Source: a virus (taxonomy: Duplodnaviria; Caudoviricetes). From it: 64,000 nucleotides of DNA. Positions 35,132 through 43,459 of the stretch are shown piece after piece. Within the stretch, counting starts at the first letter, position 1. Each line of letters begins with the position of its first letter. The stretch covers positions 9,764 to 73,763 of the IMG/VR virus record IMGVR_UViG_2902511754_000003. One strand, 5' to 3'. Both the position numbers and the translations under genes were made by a program. The notes below the pieces were generated by a model that saw only the letters and a list, made by a program, of their open reading frames with translations, did not search any database and was not told where the DNA came from.

Positions 35132-35225
35132 TTTGTTTCCTTTTTAATCAATTTACTGAATTTAGGGTGCAAGAAACCGCCACACGATTTTCACGGGGAA
35201 AAGTGCGGTCGGTTTTGGTTGAGTT

Positions 35226-35867
35226 TTAGAAATTTATTTTGATCGCTTTTAAATCAAATTGGCGTAAGTGTTTTAGTACTCGCCAATTCGTCATTGGATC
35301 AATGTCAAAACTTGCGGTTAGTCGGTTTAAGATTTGGTTGGTTGAGCGTAGCACGCTTAAATATTCGTAAGCCTGTCCGTAAATTTGTCCGCTCATATTT
35401 GAACCTAAAACATCAAAGGCTTTTTCAATGTGTTGGAATGTGCCTACGCCACGTTTGAAAGCAAACCAGAGCCAAGCAAGTTCTTGAAGCTCATACTCGG
35501 TAAATTCAAAGGTGAATTTCTTTTCAGGTTCGGGTAAAGCAAGTTGTTTCGGTGGCTCAATCTGATTTAAGAACGCTCTGAGGACGACAAGGTGAAAAGC
35601 AGGGCTTATCCATGCAGCGTAGGCGATAACGAGTTCTTTACAGGCGTATGTGCCACCTTGTGAACCTCGAATTATTTTAAATGTACAGATCTGTACATTT
35701 GAATTTTCACTCTCAATTGCTGAAATAAGATCTTTTGTTTGATCTAAGCGAAGAAAATGAGAGGGGCGATGTTTTTCAGCTCCGCCACTAAGAGAGTGAA
35801 GATCATTTAAAGCGTAAAGGTTATCAAGAGTGCGGATTGAAGTGTTAAGAATAGTTAGATTTGACAT
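35226..35867 (-). CDS. Antirepressor-type protein, KilA-N plus P22-ant-like C-terminus
   Basis: LYALNDLH..SGG..KHRPSHFL...GTYACKELVIAYAAWISPAFHL. Confidence 0.9.
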   Translation of the reverse strand: MSNLTILNTSIRTLDNLYALNDLHSLSGGAEKHRPSHFLRLDQTKDLISAIESENSNVQICTFKIIRGSQGGTYACKELVIAYAAWISPAFHLVVLRAFLNQIEPPKQLALPEPEKKFTFEFTEYELQELAWLWFAFKRGVGTFQHIEKAFDVLGSNMSGQIYGQAYEYLSVLRSTNQILNRLTASFDIDPMTNWRVLKHLRQFDLKAIKINF

Positions 35868-36135
35868 ACTTTGTTCCTTCTACGAAAAGAAATGGTGATC
35901 GAGTGGTTCGTAGGCTGAACAAAGACAGCTGGACGTATTTCCCGAAGGTATTGTATTAGTCGCCCACTCGATCATAGATTGTAAATTACCTTTTTGTACA
36001 AAAATTGTGGGAAAGAGAAAAGAGATCACAAATTTTGGACACAAAAAAATCACGCTGACGGGGTGAATTACCGCTTTGTTTATAAGGCTACGACACCTTG
36101 GAATAAATCCTACCCTTGAACGTTGGGATTGTCAA
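35868..36135 (-). ncRNA. C4-like antisense RNA switch 3
   Basis: TTGACA-N17-TAGGAT; same core; CTTTGTT/CTACGA complementary to flanking AACAAAG/TCGTAG. Confidence 0.75.
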
Positions 36136-36148
36136 GGGTAGGGCGAGA

Positions 36149-36604
36149 TTATGCCCGCTCCATTCCTGCGTAGGAACCAGCAAATAGCTCTTTCTGTGCT
36201 GCAACCGCTAAGAAGTGGCTGCGATCGCGATAGAGTGAATTATTGGCAACACGGTTATCAATGTTGTGGAGTAGATATTGCGGAATGCTGATATTGATTC
36301 GTTGTTTTTTTCCGAAAAATTCAGACACATCAATATCAACTAATAACCAAGTGTCGCAATACTCATAATCTTCGTGTTTTTGATATTCGGCAAAACCGAG
36401 ATCTTTGATTGTAGAAAAATCAAAGCCTGTTTCTGCCATATCTTCAAGAACAAGGTGAATAGCGTCCGTTACCATTGGCAAAATATCTTCAATTTTGTCA
36501 GCGGCACTAATGCAGTGGTAAAGGTCGTTAGACAATGCGGGAACATAAAGCCCGATTGCGGTTTTATCATCTTTCGGCATTTCAACGCCGATAGTAAATA
36601 ACAT
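36149..36604 (-). CDS. hicB: HicB antitoxin
   Basis: VPAL...CISAAD...RINISIP RHH C-terminus; follows hicA. Confidence 0.9.
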   Translation of the reverse strand: MLFTIGVEMPKDDKTAIGLYVPALSNDLYHCISAADKIEDILPMVTDAIHLVLEDMAETGFDFSTIKDLGFAEYQKHEDYEYCDTWLLVDIDVSEFFGKKQRINISIPQYLLHNIDNRVANNSLYRDRSHFLAVAAQKELFAGSYAGMERA

Positions 36605-36632
36605 AAGCAAGCTCCTTGTTAGCTCGGCGGAG

Positions 36633-36815
36633 CTAAAGCCCCGCCGATTTTTTGATGGATTTTAAAGTTCCGATGGCTAAATCCTTTTTCGGGTGGGGAA
36701 CTGGAAAGGTTTTTCCGGTTTTAGGCGAGTACCAAATTTGATGATCGCCTTTTCCCATTCGTTTGAGATAACAGCCGTGAGCTTTAAGCTCCGAGATTAA
36801 GTCAGCTGAGTGCAT
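36633..36815 (-). CDS. hicA: HicA toxin (start MHSADL)
   Basis: GKGDHQIW...VPHPKKDLAIGTLKSIKKSAGL; promoter TTGAAA-N17-TATAAT at ~36846-36874. Confidence 0.92.
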   Translation of the reverse strand: MHSADLISELKAHGCYLKRMGKGDHQIWYSPKTGKTFPVPHPKKDLAIGTLKSIKKSAGL

Positions 36816-36901
36816 GCTTCCTCCTGTTGTCTTAATCTGGAAATAATTATACACACAACAAACACATGTTTCAATGAGTTTAATAATTTTAGGGAGAAAT
36901 A

Positions 36902-37459
36902 ATGCGAGTGAAACCACTCAAACCGAAGAAATGCAAAGTGTGCAGTAAAGAATTTACTCCGTTTAACTCAATGCAAAAGGCTTGTTCTCCAAAATGCGCA
37001 ATAGAGCTCGTTCGAAATAACTCACAGAAAGCCCGAGAGAAAGCGGAGATGCAAAGGCTAAGGGAACGTAAGGTTAAATTAAAAAGTCGCTCAGAATGGC
37101 TGAAAGAGGCGCAATCGGTATTTAATAAATTCATTCGTCTGAGGGATAAAGACGAGCCTTGTATCAGTTGTGGTCGCTATCATCAAGGGCAATGGCACGC
37201 AGGACATTATCGCAGTGTTGGGGCTGCACCTGAATTAAGATTTTGTGAGTTGAATGTCCATAAACAATGCCAACCGTGCAATAACCATAAAAGCGGAAAT
37301 GTGATTGAGTATCGAATTAATTTGGTAAGAAAAATCGGTGCAGATAAAGTCGAGTGGCTCGAACGCCAAGACCACGATCCGAAAAAGTACACGATCGAAG
37401 ATTGCAAAGAAATTATTCAGTATTACAAAGAACAAATTAAAGGGATGACTGATGCGTAA
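36902..37459 (+). CDS. ninG: NinG/Rap recombination endonuclease
   Basis: KCKVC...CSPKC, FIRLRD..EPCISCG, HAGHYRSVGA, QCQPCN. Confidence 0.93.
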   Translation: MRVKPLKPKKCKVCSKEFTPFNSMQKACSPKCAIELVRNNSQKAREKAEMQRLRERKVKLKSRSEWLKEAQSVFNKFIRLRDKDEPCISCGRYHQGQWHAGHYRSVGAAPELRFCELNVHKQCQPCNNHKSGNVIEYRINLVRKIGADKVEWLERQDHDPKKYTIEDCKEIIQYYKEQIKGMTDA

Positions 37460-37958
37460 ATTTAGCGATTTAACTTTAACAAGTGAGCAAGAACGATTTG
37501 TTGATGAATGGATGTACAAATGGGGAGCTTGGGTGCGTTCCGGTAGGCTTAATAAGGCTCAAGTGAATATTATCGCTAGATTAATGCAATCGGTAATTCC
37601 GGCTGAGCCCAGTGAGCCAATTTGTAATGATGATGAAGGAGTTATGATTAGTCAGGTTGTGGAACAATTCTTTGTAAAAAATGACCGAATTTTACATTTT
37701 ATTTTGTTTGCTTACTACGTAAATAAACGTACTGTAAATTTTATTGCCAATAAACTACGTGAAAATTGCGGAGAGATTCAAATGCAGCCTTGTGCAGGTA
37801 AACCAAATATTCGAGTGCCTAGCGCGCTTACTATGCGTAGAAAAATTGAAAAAGAATTGATGTTTGCAAAATCAATAATTCACGAATTGCTTGTAACTGG
37901 TTTTGTATTGTTGCGAACTGGTCGAGAAAATGCAAAAAATATTAAAATCACTTATTGA
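37452..37958 (+). CDS. Late antitermination protein Q-like
   Basis: Position after ninG and before pR'-like promoter; WMYKWGAW motif. Confidence 0.75.
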   Translation: MRKFSDLTLTSEQERFVDEWMYKWGAWVRSGRLNKAQVNIIARLMQSVIPAEPSEPICNDDEGVMISQVVEQFFVKNDRILHFILFAYYVNKRTVNFIANKLRENCGEIQMQPCAGKPNIRVPSALTMRRKIEKELMFAKSIIHELLVTGFVLLRTGRENAKNIKITY

Positions 37959-38070
37959 CTATCTTGATAACTTGATATACTATTTCAGTATATGGTGGTC
38001 GTTGTGTAACTGATGTTCACCGAATGAATTTAGTAGCCCTGATTGGTTTAACCCGTCAGGGCTTTTTATT
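37955..38070 (+). promoter_or_regulatory. pR'-like late promoter with downstream tR'-like terminator
   Basis: TTGACT(37955)-N17-TACTAT(37978); AGCCCTGA...TCAGGGCT-T5 at 38035-38067. Confidence 0.7.
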
Positions 38071-38126
38071 TGAGATGAATTAATCTATAACCGTTTATTA
38101 TTCGTCCATTTAGATAAGGACAAATT

Positions 38127-38651
38127 ATGTCATTTGAGAAACGAAAAAAGCTCGCTGATTTAAAAGCGGATAGCAATGCATTATTTGAACATCGTTTAGC
38201 TGTTTTGCTTGAGAAGAAAAAGCAAGTTGTTTCTTCAATACGTGACGAAGCGATTTACTTTCTTAATGAGCAAGGATTTTCTATCAATAAATCTGTCTTA
38301 GTGAATTCTCCACTACAAGTAGAGGCTGATTACAAAGGCTCAATGAAAATTAAGATTGTGCTTTCAGATCCTGCTGATAGCTTTATGGGAGCTGATATTA
38401 TTCTTGATGTTGATTATTTAAAGCAAAAATTTGAGTTTACTGTAGATTTATTTAGACAATCATTTGATACCATTTGGGAAGATGATTTAGACAAAGCAAT
38501 TTTAGACTATATCAGCCAAAATGAGAAAATTTCTGAACTCAATGCGGCAGATATTAACGGGAATTATAAAATCACTTTAATTAAATCACAAAATCAAAAA
38601 ACGGAATTTGAAAATATTTCCGATGTATTGAAATTCGTTTTAGAAATGTAA
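38127..38651 (+). CDS. AT-rich hypothetical moron between Q and lysis
   Basis: 174 aa, flanked by terminator hairpins. Confidence 0.8.
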   Translation: MSFEKRKKLADLKADSNALFEHRLAVLLEKKKQVVSSIRDEAIYFLNEQGFSINKSVLVNSPLQVEADYKGSMKIKIVLSDPADSFMGADIILDVDYLKQKFEFTVDLFRQSFDTIWEDDLDKAILDYISQNEKISELNAADINGNYKITLIKSQNQKTEFENISDVLKFVLEM

Positions 38652-38827
38652 AGAAGGAAAGACGGGGCTAGTGCTAGACGCTATCGGTGGAGAGGGTTAG
38701 AAAGTGTACATATCTAATTTTTCAGTGCTTCCGTGAGCTTAAGGCTCGACCGAATTAAAAATTAATTGATGAGATAACTTACAAGCTCAGTTTGATAACT
38801 GGGCTTTTTTATATAACAGGTTTTATT

Positions 38828-39151
38828 ATGCCGACTAAAGATCCAAATAGCTGGGAATCTTTTTTACGCTGGCTCCCTTTGGTGATTATTGGGTTATTTG
38901 CCGGCGTAGCGAAATATGCAAGTGATATTCAAGCCGGAAAGCTCCACTTTAGCGTGGGGCTTTTTTTATGCCAAGTGGTTGTATCTATGTTTGCCGGTTG
39001 GATTGGTGGATTGTTATGTTTATATTCCGGTTTAGGGCTTGAGCTTACCTGTGTTGGTGCTGGACTTGCTGGTTACGGTGGGGGCGCAGTGCTTAATGCA
39101 ATTTGGCGCGGTTTCTTCGTGTCTAAACTGGGGATTAAAGATGAAAATTAG
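38828..39151 (+). CDS. Holin (three TM)
   Basis: Start MPTKDPNSW; upstream of endolysin. Confidence 0.82.
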   Translation: MPTKDPNSWESFLRWLPLVIIGLFAGVAKYASDIQAGKLHFSVGLFLCQVVVSMFAGWIGGLLCLYSGLGLELTCVGAGLAGYGGGAVLNAIWRGFFVSKLGIKDEN

Positions 39152-39584
39152 TGAAAAAGGAATTGAATTTATTCGTCAGGCAGAGGGTGAGAAATTAACT
39201 GCATATCCTGACATTGTTGGGGTTTGGACGATTGGTGTCGGGCATACCGGATTTGTGGATGGAAAATCGGTCTCACGTGGAATGACAATTACGAAAGAAA
39301 AATCCAAAGAGATTTTGATTGCGGATTTAAAGCGTTTTGAACGTGCGGTCATTTCTGCCGTTAAAGTTTCCCTCACTCAAAATCAGTTTGATGCACTTGT
39401 TAGCCTTGCATTTAATATTGGCGAAGGTGCTTTTACCCGTTCAACGCTGGTGAAAAAACTCAATGCCGGCGATTATAAAGGCGCAGCGGAACAATTCCTT
39501 GTTTGGAAAAATGCCGGTGGGCGAGTGTCACAAGGTTTACTCAATCGGCGTAAACGCGAGAAAGCGATGTTTGAGGTGTCTTGA
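39141..39584 (+). CDS. Endolysin, GH24 lysozyme (start MKISEKG)
   Basis: EGEKLTAYPD.VGVWTIGVGH, QNQFDALVS, GLLNRR..E. Confidence 0.95.
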   Translation: MKISEKGIEFIRQAEGEKLTAYPDIVGVWTIGVGHTGFVDGKSVSRGMTITKEKSKEILIADLKRFERAVISAVKVSLTQNQFDALVSLAFNIGEGAFTRSTLVKKLNAGDYKGAAEQFLVWKNAGGRVSQGLLNRRKREKAMFEVS

Positions 39585-39970
39585 TGTGGTGGATGTTTAT
39601 TATTAAAAAACTCAGTGCAAATCTATTGGCTTACGGTTTCAAGCACCTGAATAAGATTGCGGTATTTTTTGTCGCCATCTTTGTTATGGCGTTACTTTAT
39701 ATACAACACGCAAATAAATTAAATATCGAGCGTCAATCTGCGGTGATTAATTCGTTGCACGAGAAAGTGATTCAGCGGGACAAGATTATTGACGAATTAC
39801 ATGAAGATGTTGGCGAGCAACGCAAAATAGCTGAAAAGCGTTTAGAGCAAGAACAAACGATTCGGGAACAAAGTTATGCGCAAATTCAATCTATTAAAAA
39901 AATGCTGGAAAGTAATCAATGTAGCGATGTTACTTTGCCTGCCGGTGTTGTTAACGAATTGCGCAAGTAA
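39581..39970 (+). CDS. Inner-membrane spanin (Rz-like)
   Basis: TM plus coiled coil after endolysin. Confidence 0.75.
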   Translation: MMWWMFIIKKLSANLLAYGFKHLNKIAVFFVAIFVMALLYIQHANKLNIERQSAVINSLHEKVIQRDKIIDELHEDVGEQRKIAEKRLEQEQTIREQSYAQIQSIKKMLESNQCSDVTLPAGVVNELRK

Positions 39971-40187
39971 GCCTGAAATTGAGTATCGTACGATTGCTTT
40001 TTCACCACCGGTGAGTTTGCTCGCACCTTGTATGCAGCCAACATTTCACGGTTCAACTTTTGGGGAAACGGTGGAGTATGCCTTGTTGCTTAAACAAGAG
40101 TTAAAGTTATGCGGCAATAAGGTTGAAGGGATTCGGGAATATGTAGAGGCAAGAAAAAGTGCGGTGGAAAATGGGAAAGAAAAATAA
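39926..40187 (+). CDS. Outer-membrane spanin lipoprotein (Rz1-like)
   Basis: MLLCLPVLLTNC lipobox, PPVSLLAPC. Confidence 0.78.
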
Positions 40188-40228
40188 CTACCCAAATTTT
40201 TTAGGGGGATTTGTTTTAAGGATTTTCT

Positions 40229-40774
40229 ATGCTGGACGTGAAAGGAAAATCCACGTCTAAAGGGCGTGGGCAGCCTACAAAATATAAACCGGAGTATGTA
40301 ATCCAAGTTGAAAAACTGTGTTTACTTGGGGCAACAGATAGAGATATAGCAGATTTTTTTGAAGTTGCTGAATCTACCATCAATAACTGGAAAATTGAAT
40401 ATCCTGAATTCTTGGAGTCCATAAAAAAAGGGAAGTTATTAGCAGATGCAAATGTAGCAAATAGTCTCTATAAAAGAGCATTAGGCTATGAAGCTCCTGA
40501 TATTGATATTCGGGTGATTGAAAATAAAATTGTCGAAACGCCGTTAATTAAGCATTATCCACCCGATCCAACATCAGCTATTTTTTGGCTCAAAAACAGA
40601 CAGCCTGATAAATGGCGGGATAAGCAAATACAAGAAGTCTCTGGTGTAGATGGCAGTGCGGTACAAATCGAAGTAAAAAAGGAAATCGATCTTTCGGTAT
40701 ATTCTGATGATGAACTTAGACTTCTTAGAAAGCTTAAACATAAACAATCTGAATTTGGAGTTAGCGAGGCGTAA
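40229..40774 (+). CDS. Terminase small subunit
   Basis: GQPTKY...LLGATD.DIADFF.V...SLYKRALG...FWLKNR. Confidence 0.9.
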   Translation: MLDVKGKSTSKGRGQPTKYKPEYVIQVEKLCLLGATDRDIADFFEVAESTINNWKIEYPEFLESIKKGKLLADANVANSLYKRALGYEAPDIDIRVIENKIVETPLIKHYPPDPTSAIFWLKNRQPDKWRDKQIQEVSGVDGSAVQIEVKKEIDLSVYSDDELRLLRKLKHKQSEFGVSEA

Positions 40775-42161
40775 TCTATTTGATTTTACCCTTGAGACGA
40801 AACCCGACTTTGTGACGGGGTGGTTTAATGAAATCGTAGCCAAAGAGTTACAGCAATTCTATGAAGATGTAAAAGCGGGTAAGCAGCCTCGATTAATGAT
40901 ATTTGCTCCGCCCCGTAGCGGAAAAAGTGAATTATTTAGTCGCCGTTTCCCTGCATGGGTATTTGGTAAAGATCCTGATTTACAGATTATTGCTTGTTCC
41001 TATTCTGCCGATCTTGCAAGCCGAATGAATCGTGATGTGCAGCGAATAATGGATGATGAAAGTTATCACGGTATTTTTCCTAATTCATCATTAAATGAAA
41101 AGCGTATTGCAACTGTATCCGGTCAGCCTTTACGCAATAGCGAGATTTTTGAAATAGCAGGACACCGTGGTGCATATCGTTCTGCCGGTGTGGGTGGAGG
41201 TATCACAGGTATGGGGGCTGATATAGCAATTATTGACGACCCTGTAAAAGATGCCAAAGAAGCCAATTCTCAAACCGTGCGTGATAGCGTGTGGGATTGG
41301 TACACTACGACACTTTATACCCGTTTGTCGCCCAATAGTGGCGTTCTGCTGGGAATGACAAGATGGCACGAAGACGATCTAGCCGGACGGCTTATTGAAG
41401 AAATGAAAAAAGACGGCGATCAGTGGCGAATTGTTTCTTTTCCCGCAATTGCCGAACAAGATGAAGAATTTCGCAAAGAGGGGGAGCCGTTACATCCTGA
41501 ACGATTTAATTTAGAACGTTTGATCAAGATAAAAAAAGCGGTGGGTTCTCATACTTGGAACGCCTTGTATCAACAACGCCCTACAAGTAAAGGTGGAGGC
41601 ATAATCAAAGGGGCTTGGTTCCCTCGTTATCAAGTACCGCCGATTATTAAAATTAAAGGTATTTACGCTGATACGGCTCAAAAAGCAAAAGAACACAACG
41701 ACTACTCCGTATTTCTCGTTGCCGGCAAGGGGGCTGATGGAAAAGTTTATATTCTTGATCTGATTCGAGGTAAGTGGGAGGCCCCCGAACTTGAGCAAAA
41801 ACTCAAGGATGTTTGGAATCATCAAAAATCAATTCGAAATACTGGTTATCTCTCTCGTGTAAACATTGAGGATAAAGCAAGCGGTACATCGTTGATTCAA
41901 CGTATTCAGCGTGAAGCAAGAATACCAATTAAGGCTATTCAGGTTGATGCCGATAAATATACTCGAGTGCTTGGTGTTCAAGGGTATATCGAAAGCGGTT
42001 ATGTGTGTTTACCTGAAAATGCTTACTGGGTAAAAGACTTCGTTGCAGAATGTGAAGCATTTACCGCAACAGATAGTCACGCCCACGACGATCAGGTTGA
42101 TAGCCTAGTAATGGCTATTGCTGATTTGCTTGGAAAACCAAAATCCCTACTGGATTGCTAA
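40707..42161 (+). CDS. Terminase large subunit
   Basis: PPRSGKSE Walker A, IIDDPVK, MTRWHEDDL, HDDQVD. Confidence 0.95.
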   Translation: MMNLDFLESLNINNLNLELARRNLFDFTLETKPDFVTGWFNEIVAKELQQFYEDVKAGKQPRLMIFAPPRSGKSELFSRRFPAWVFGKDPDLQIIACSYSADLASRMNRDVQRIMDDESYHGIFPNSSLNEKRIATVSGQPLRNSEIFEIAGHRGAYRSAGVGGGITGMGADIAIIDDPVKDAKEANSQTVRDSVWDWYTTTLYTRLSPNSGVLLGMTRWHEDDLAGRLIEEMKKDGDQWRIVSFPAIAEQDEEFRKEGEPLHPERFNLERLIKIKKAVGSHTWNALYQQRPTSKGGGIIKGAWFPRYQVPPIIKIKGIYADTAQKAKEHNDYSVFLVAGKGADGKVYILDLIRGKWEAPELEQKLKDVWNHQKSIRNTGYLSRVNIEDKASGTSLIQRIQREARIPIKAIQVDADKYTRVLGVQGYIESGYVCLPENAYWVKDFVAECEAFTATDSHAHDDQVDSLVMAIADLLGKPKSLLDC

Positions 42162-42163
42162 TT

Positions 42164-43459
42164 ATGAAAATTAATGACAATTTACAATCTTTTGCTTTAA
42201 AACTCGGTGTAAAACAGGAAAAAACCACCTATGTTAGAAGCTCTACACTTACCGAAGATAGAGAACAGCTTAATGCACTATGGGCTGAAAATTGGGTTGC
42301 CCGTAAAATTTGCATAAAACGCCCACAAGACATGGTTCGCCGTTGGCGTGATGTGTACTCAAACGATTTAGAGGCAGAGCAACTTGAAGCCTTCGAAAAG
42401 TTAGAACGGAAACTAAAATTGCGTGAAATCCTCGGTGAAGCGTTATCGTGGTCAAGCTTATATGGCTCTGTGGCAATTTTAATCGTTACCGATACGCTAA
42501 ATTTGAATGTTCCACTACAACCAACAGAGCAAATTAAGCGGTTAGTTATTCTGCCCAAATGGAAAATATCGCCTTACGGGGAGAAAGATGAAGATGTACT
42601 CTCGCCTAATTTTTCAGGTTATTCTTACTATCAAATTAATGGTGCATTAAGTGTACATTACTCAAGATTAGTTATTTTAAATGCGGCCAAATCCCCCTTA
42701 TCTGATGAAGATATTTGGGGGATTTCTGATTTAGAAGCCGTAATTGAAGTGTTAAAACGATTTGATGGTGCAAGTAAAAATATCGGCGATTTAATATACG
42801 AGAGCAAAATTGATATTTTCAAGATAGCGGGGCTTTCCGACAAAATTAGTGCTGGTATGGAAGCTGATGTAGCGAAAGCAATTAGTGCTGTTCAAGATAT
42901 TAAATCTGCGACAAATAGCCTACTTCTTGACCCTGAAAATGAATACGAACAAAAAGAGCTTAGCTTTGGCGGATTGAAAGATCTGTTGGTTGAATTTCGT
43001 AATGCCGTAGCCGGTGCTGTGGATATGCCGGTTACGATTTTATTCGGGCAAAGTGCGGCTGGATTCGCAAGTGGTCAAGAAGACATTGATAACTATCACG
43101 AAAGTGTACACCGATTGCAAGAAGAGCGATTACGACCCGTGTTAGAACGTATAGATCCTTTGTTGTGCAATATGGCATTCGGAAACTATCCGCAAGATTG
43201 GTGGTTTGAATTTGTACCGCTGAAAGAACTCACTCAAGAACAACAAATCAATATGTTGAATACCTTTGCAAGTGCGAGCAATGTCTTTATTCAAAATGGG
43301 ATATTAACCGAAAATCAGATAGCAAACGAACTTAAGGAAAGTGGCTTGTTTGCTAATATTTCTGCCGAAGATATTGAGGATATGAATAATGTTGATGAAT
43401 TTGCCGGAGATTTTGAAAAATCAGAAGAGATGGAAGGCACGGAAATTCAAGCCGGTTAA
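42164..43459 (+). CDS. Portal protein (DUF1073-like)
   Basis: Follows TerL; AGAVDMPVTILFGQSAAGFASG, YHE...LQE. Confidence 0.88.
   Translation: MKINDNLQSFALKLGVKQEKTTYVRSSTLTEDREQLNALWAENWVARKICIKRPQDMVRRWRDVYSNDLEAEQLEAFEKLERKLKLREILGEALSWSSLYGSVAILIVTDTLNLNVPLQPTEQIKRLVILPKWKISPYGEKDEDVLSPNFSGYSYYQINGALSVHYSRLVILNAAKSPLSDEDIWGISDLEAVIEVLKRFDGASKNIGDLIYESKIDIFKIAGLSDKISAGMEADVAKAISAVQDIKSATNSLLLDPENEYEQKELSFGGLKDLLVEFRNAVAGAVDMPVTILFGQSAAGFASGQEDIDNYHESVHRLQEERLRPVLERIDPLLCNMAFGNYPQDWWFEFVPLKELTQEQQINMLNTFASASNVFIQNGILTENQIANELKESGLFANISAEDIEDMNNVDEFAGDFEKSEEMEGTEIQAG

Noticed and set aside
36820-36901. Rightward promoter for ninG-Q
   Set aside because: Best candidate TTGTCT-N17-TACACA has a poor -10; not supportable
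42164-43459. Anti-defence role for the DUF1073-like gene
   Set aside because: Size and position between TerL and MuF indicate the portal; no other portal candidate exists
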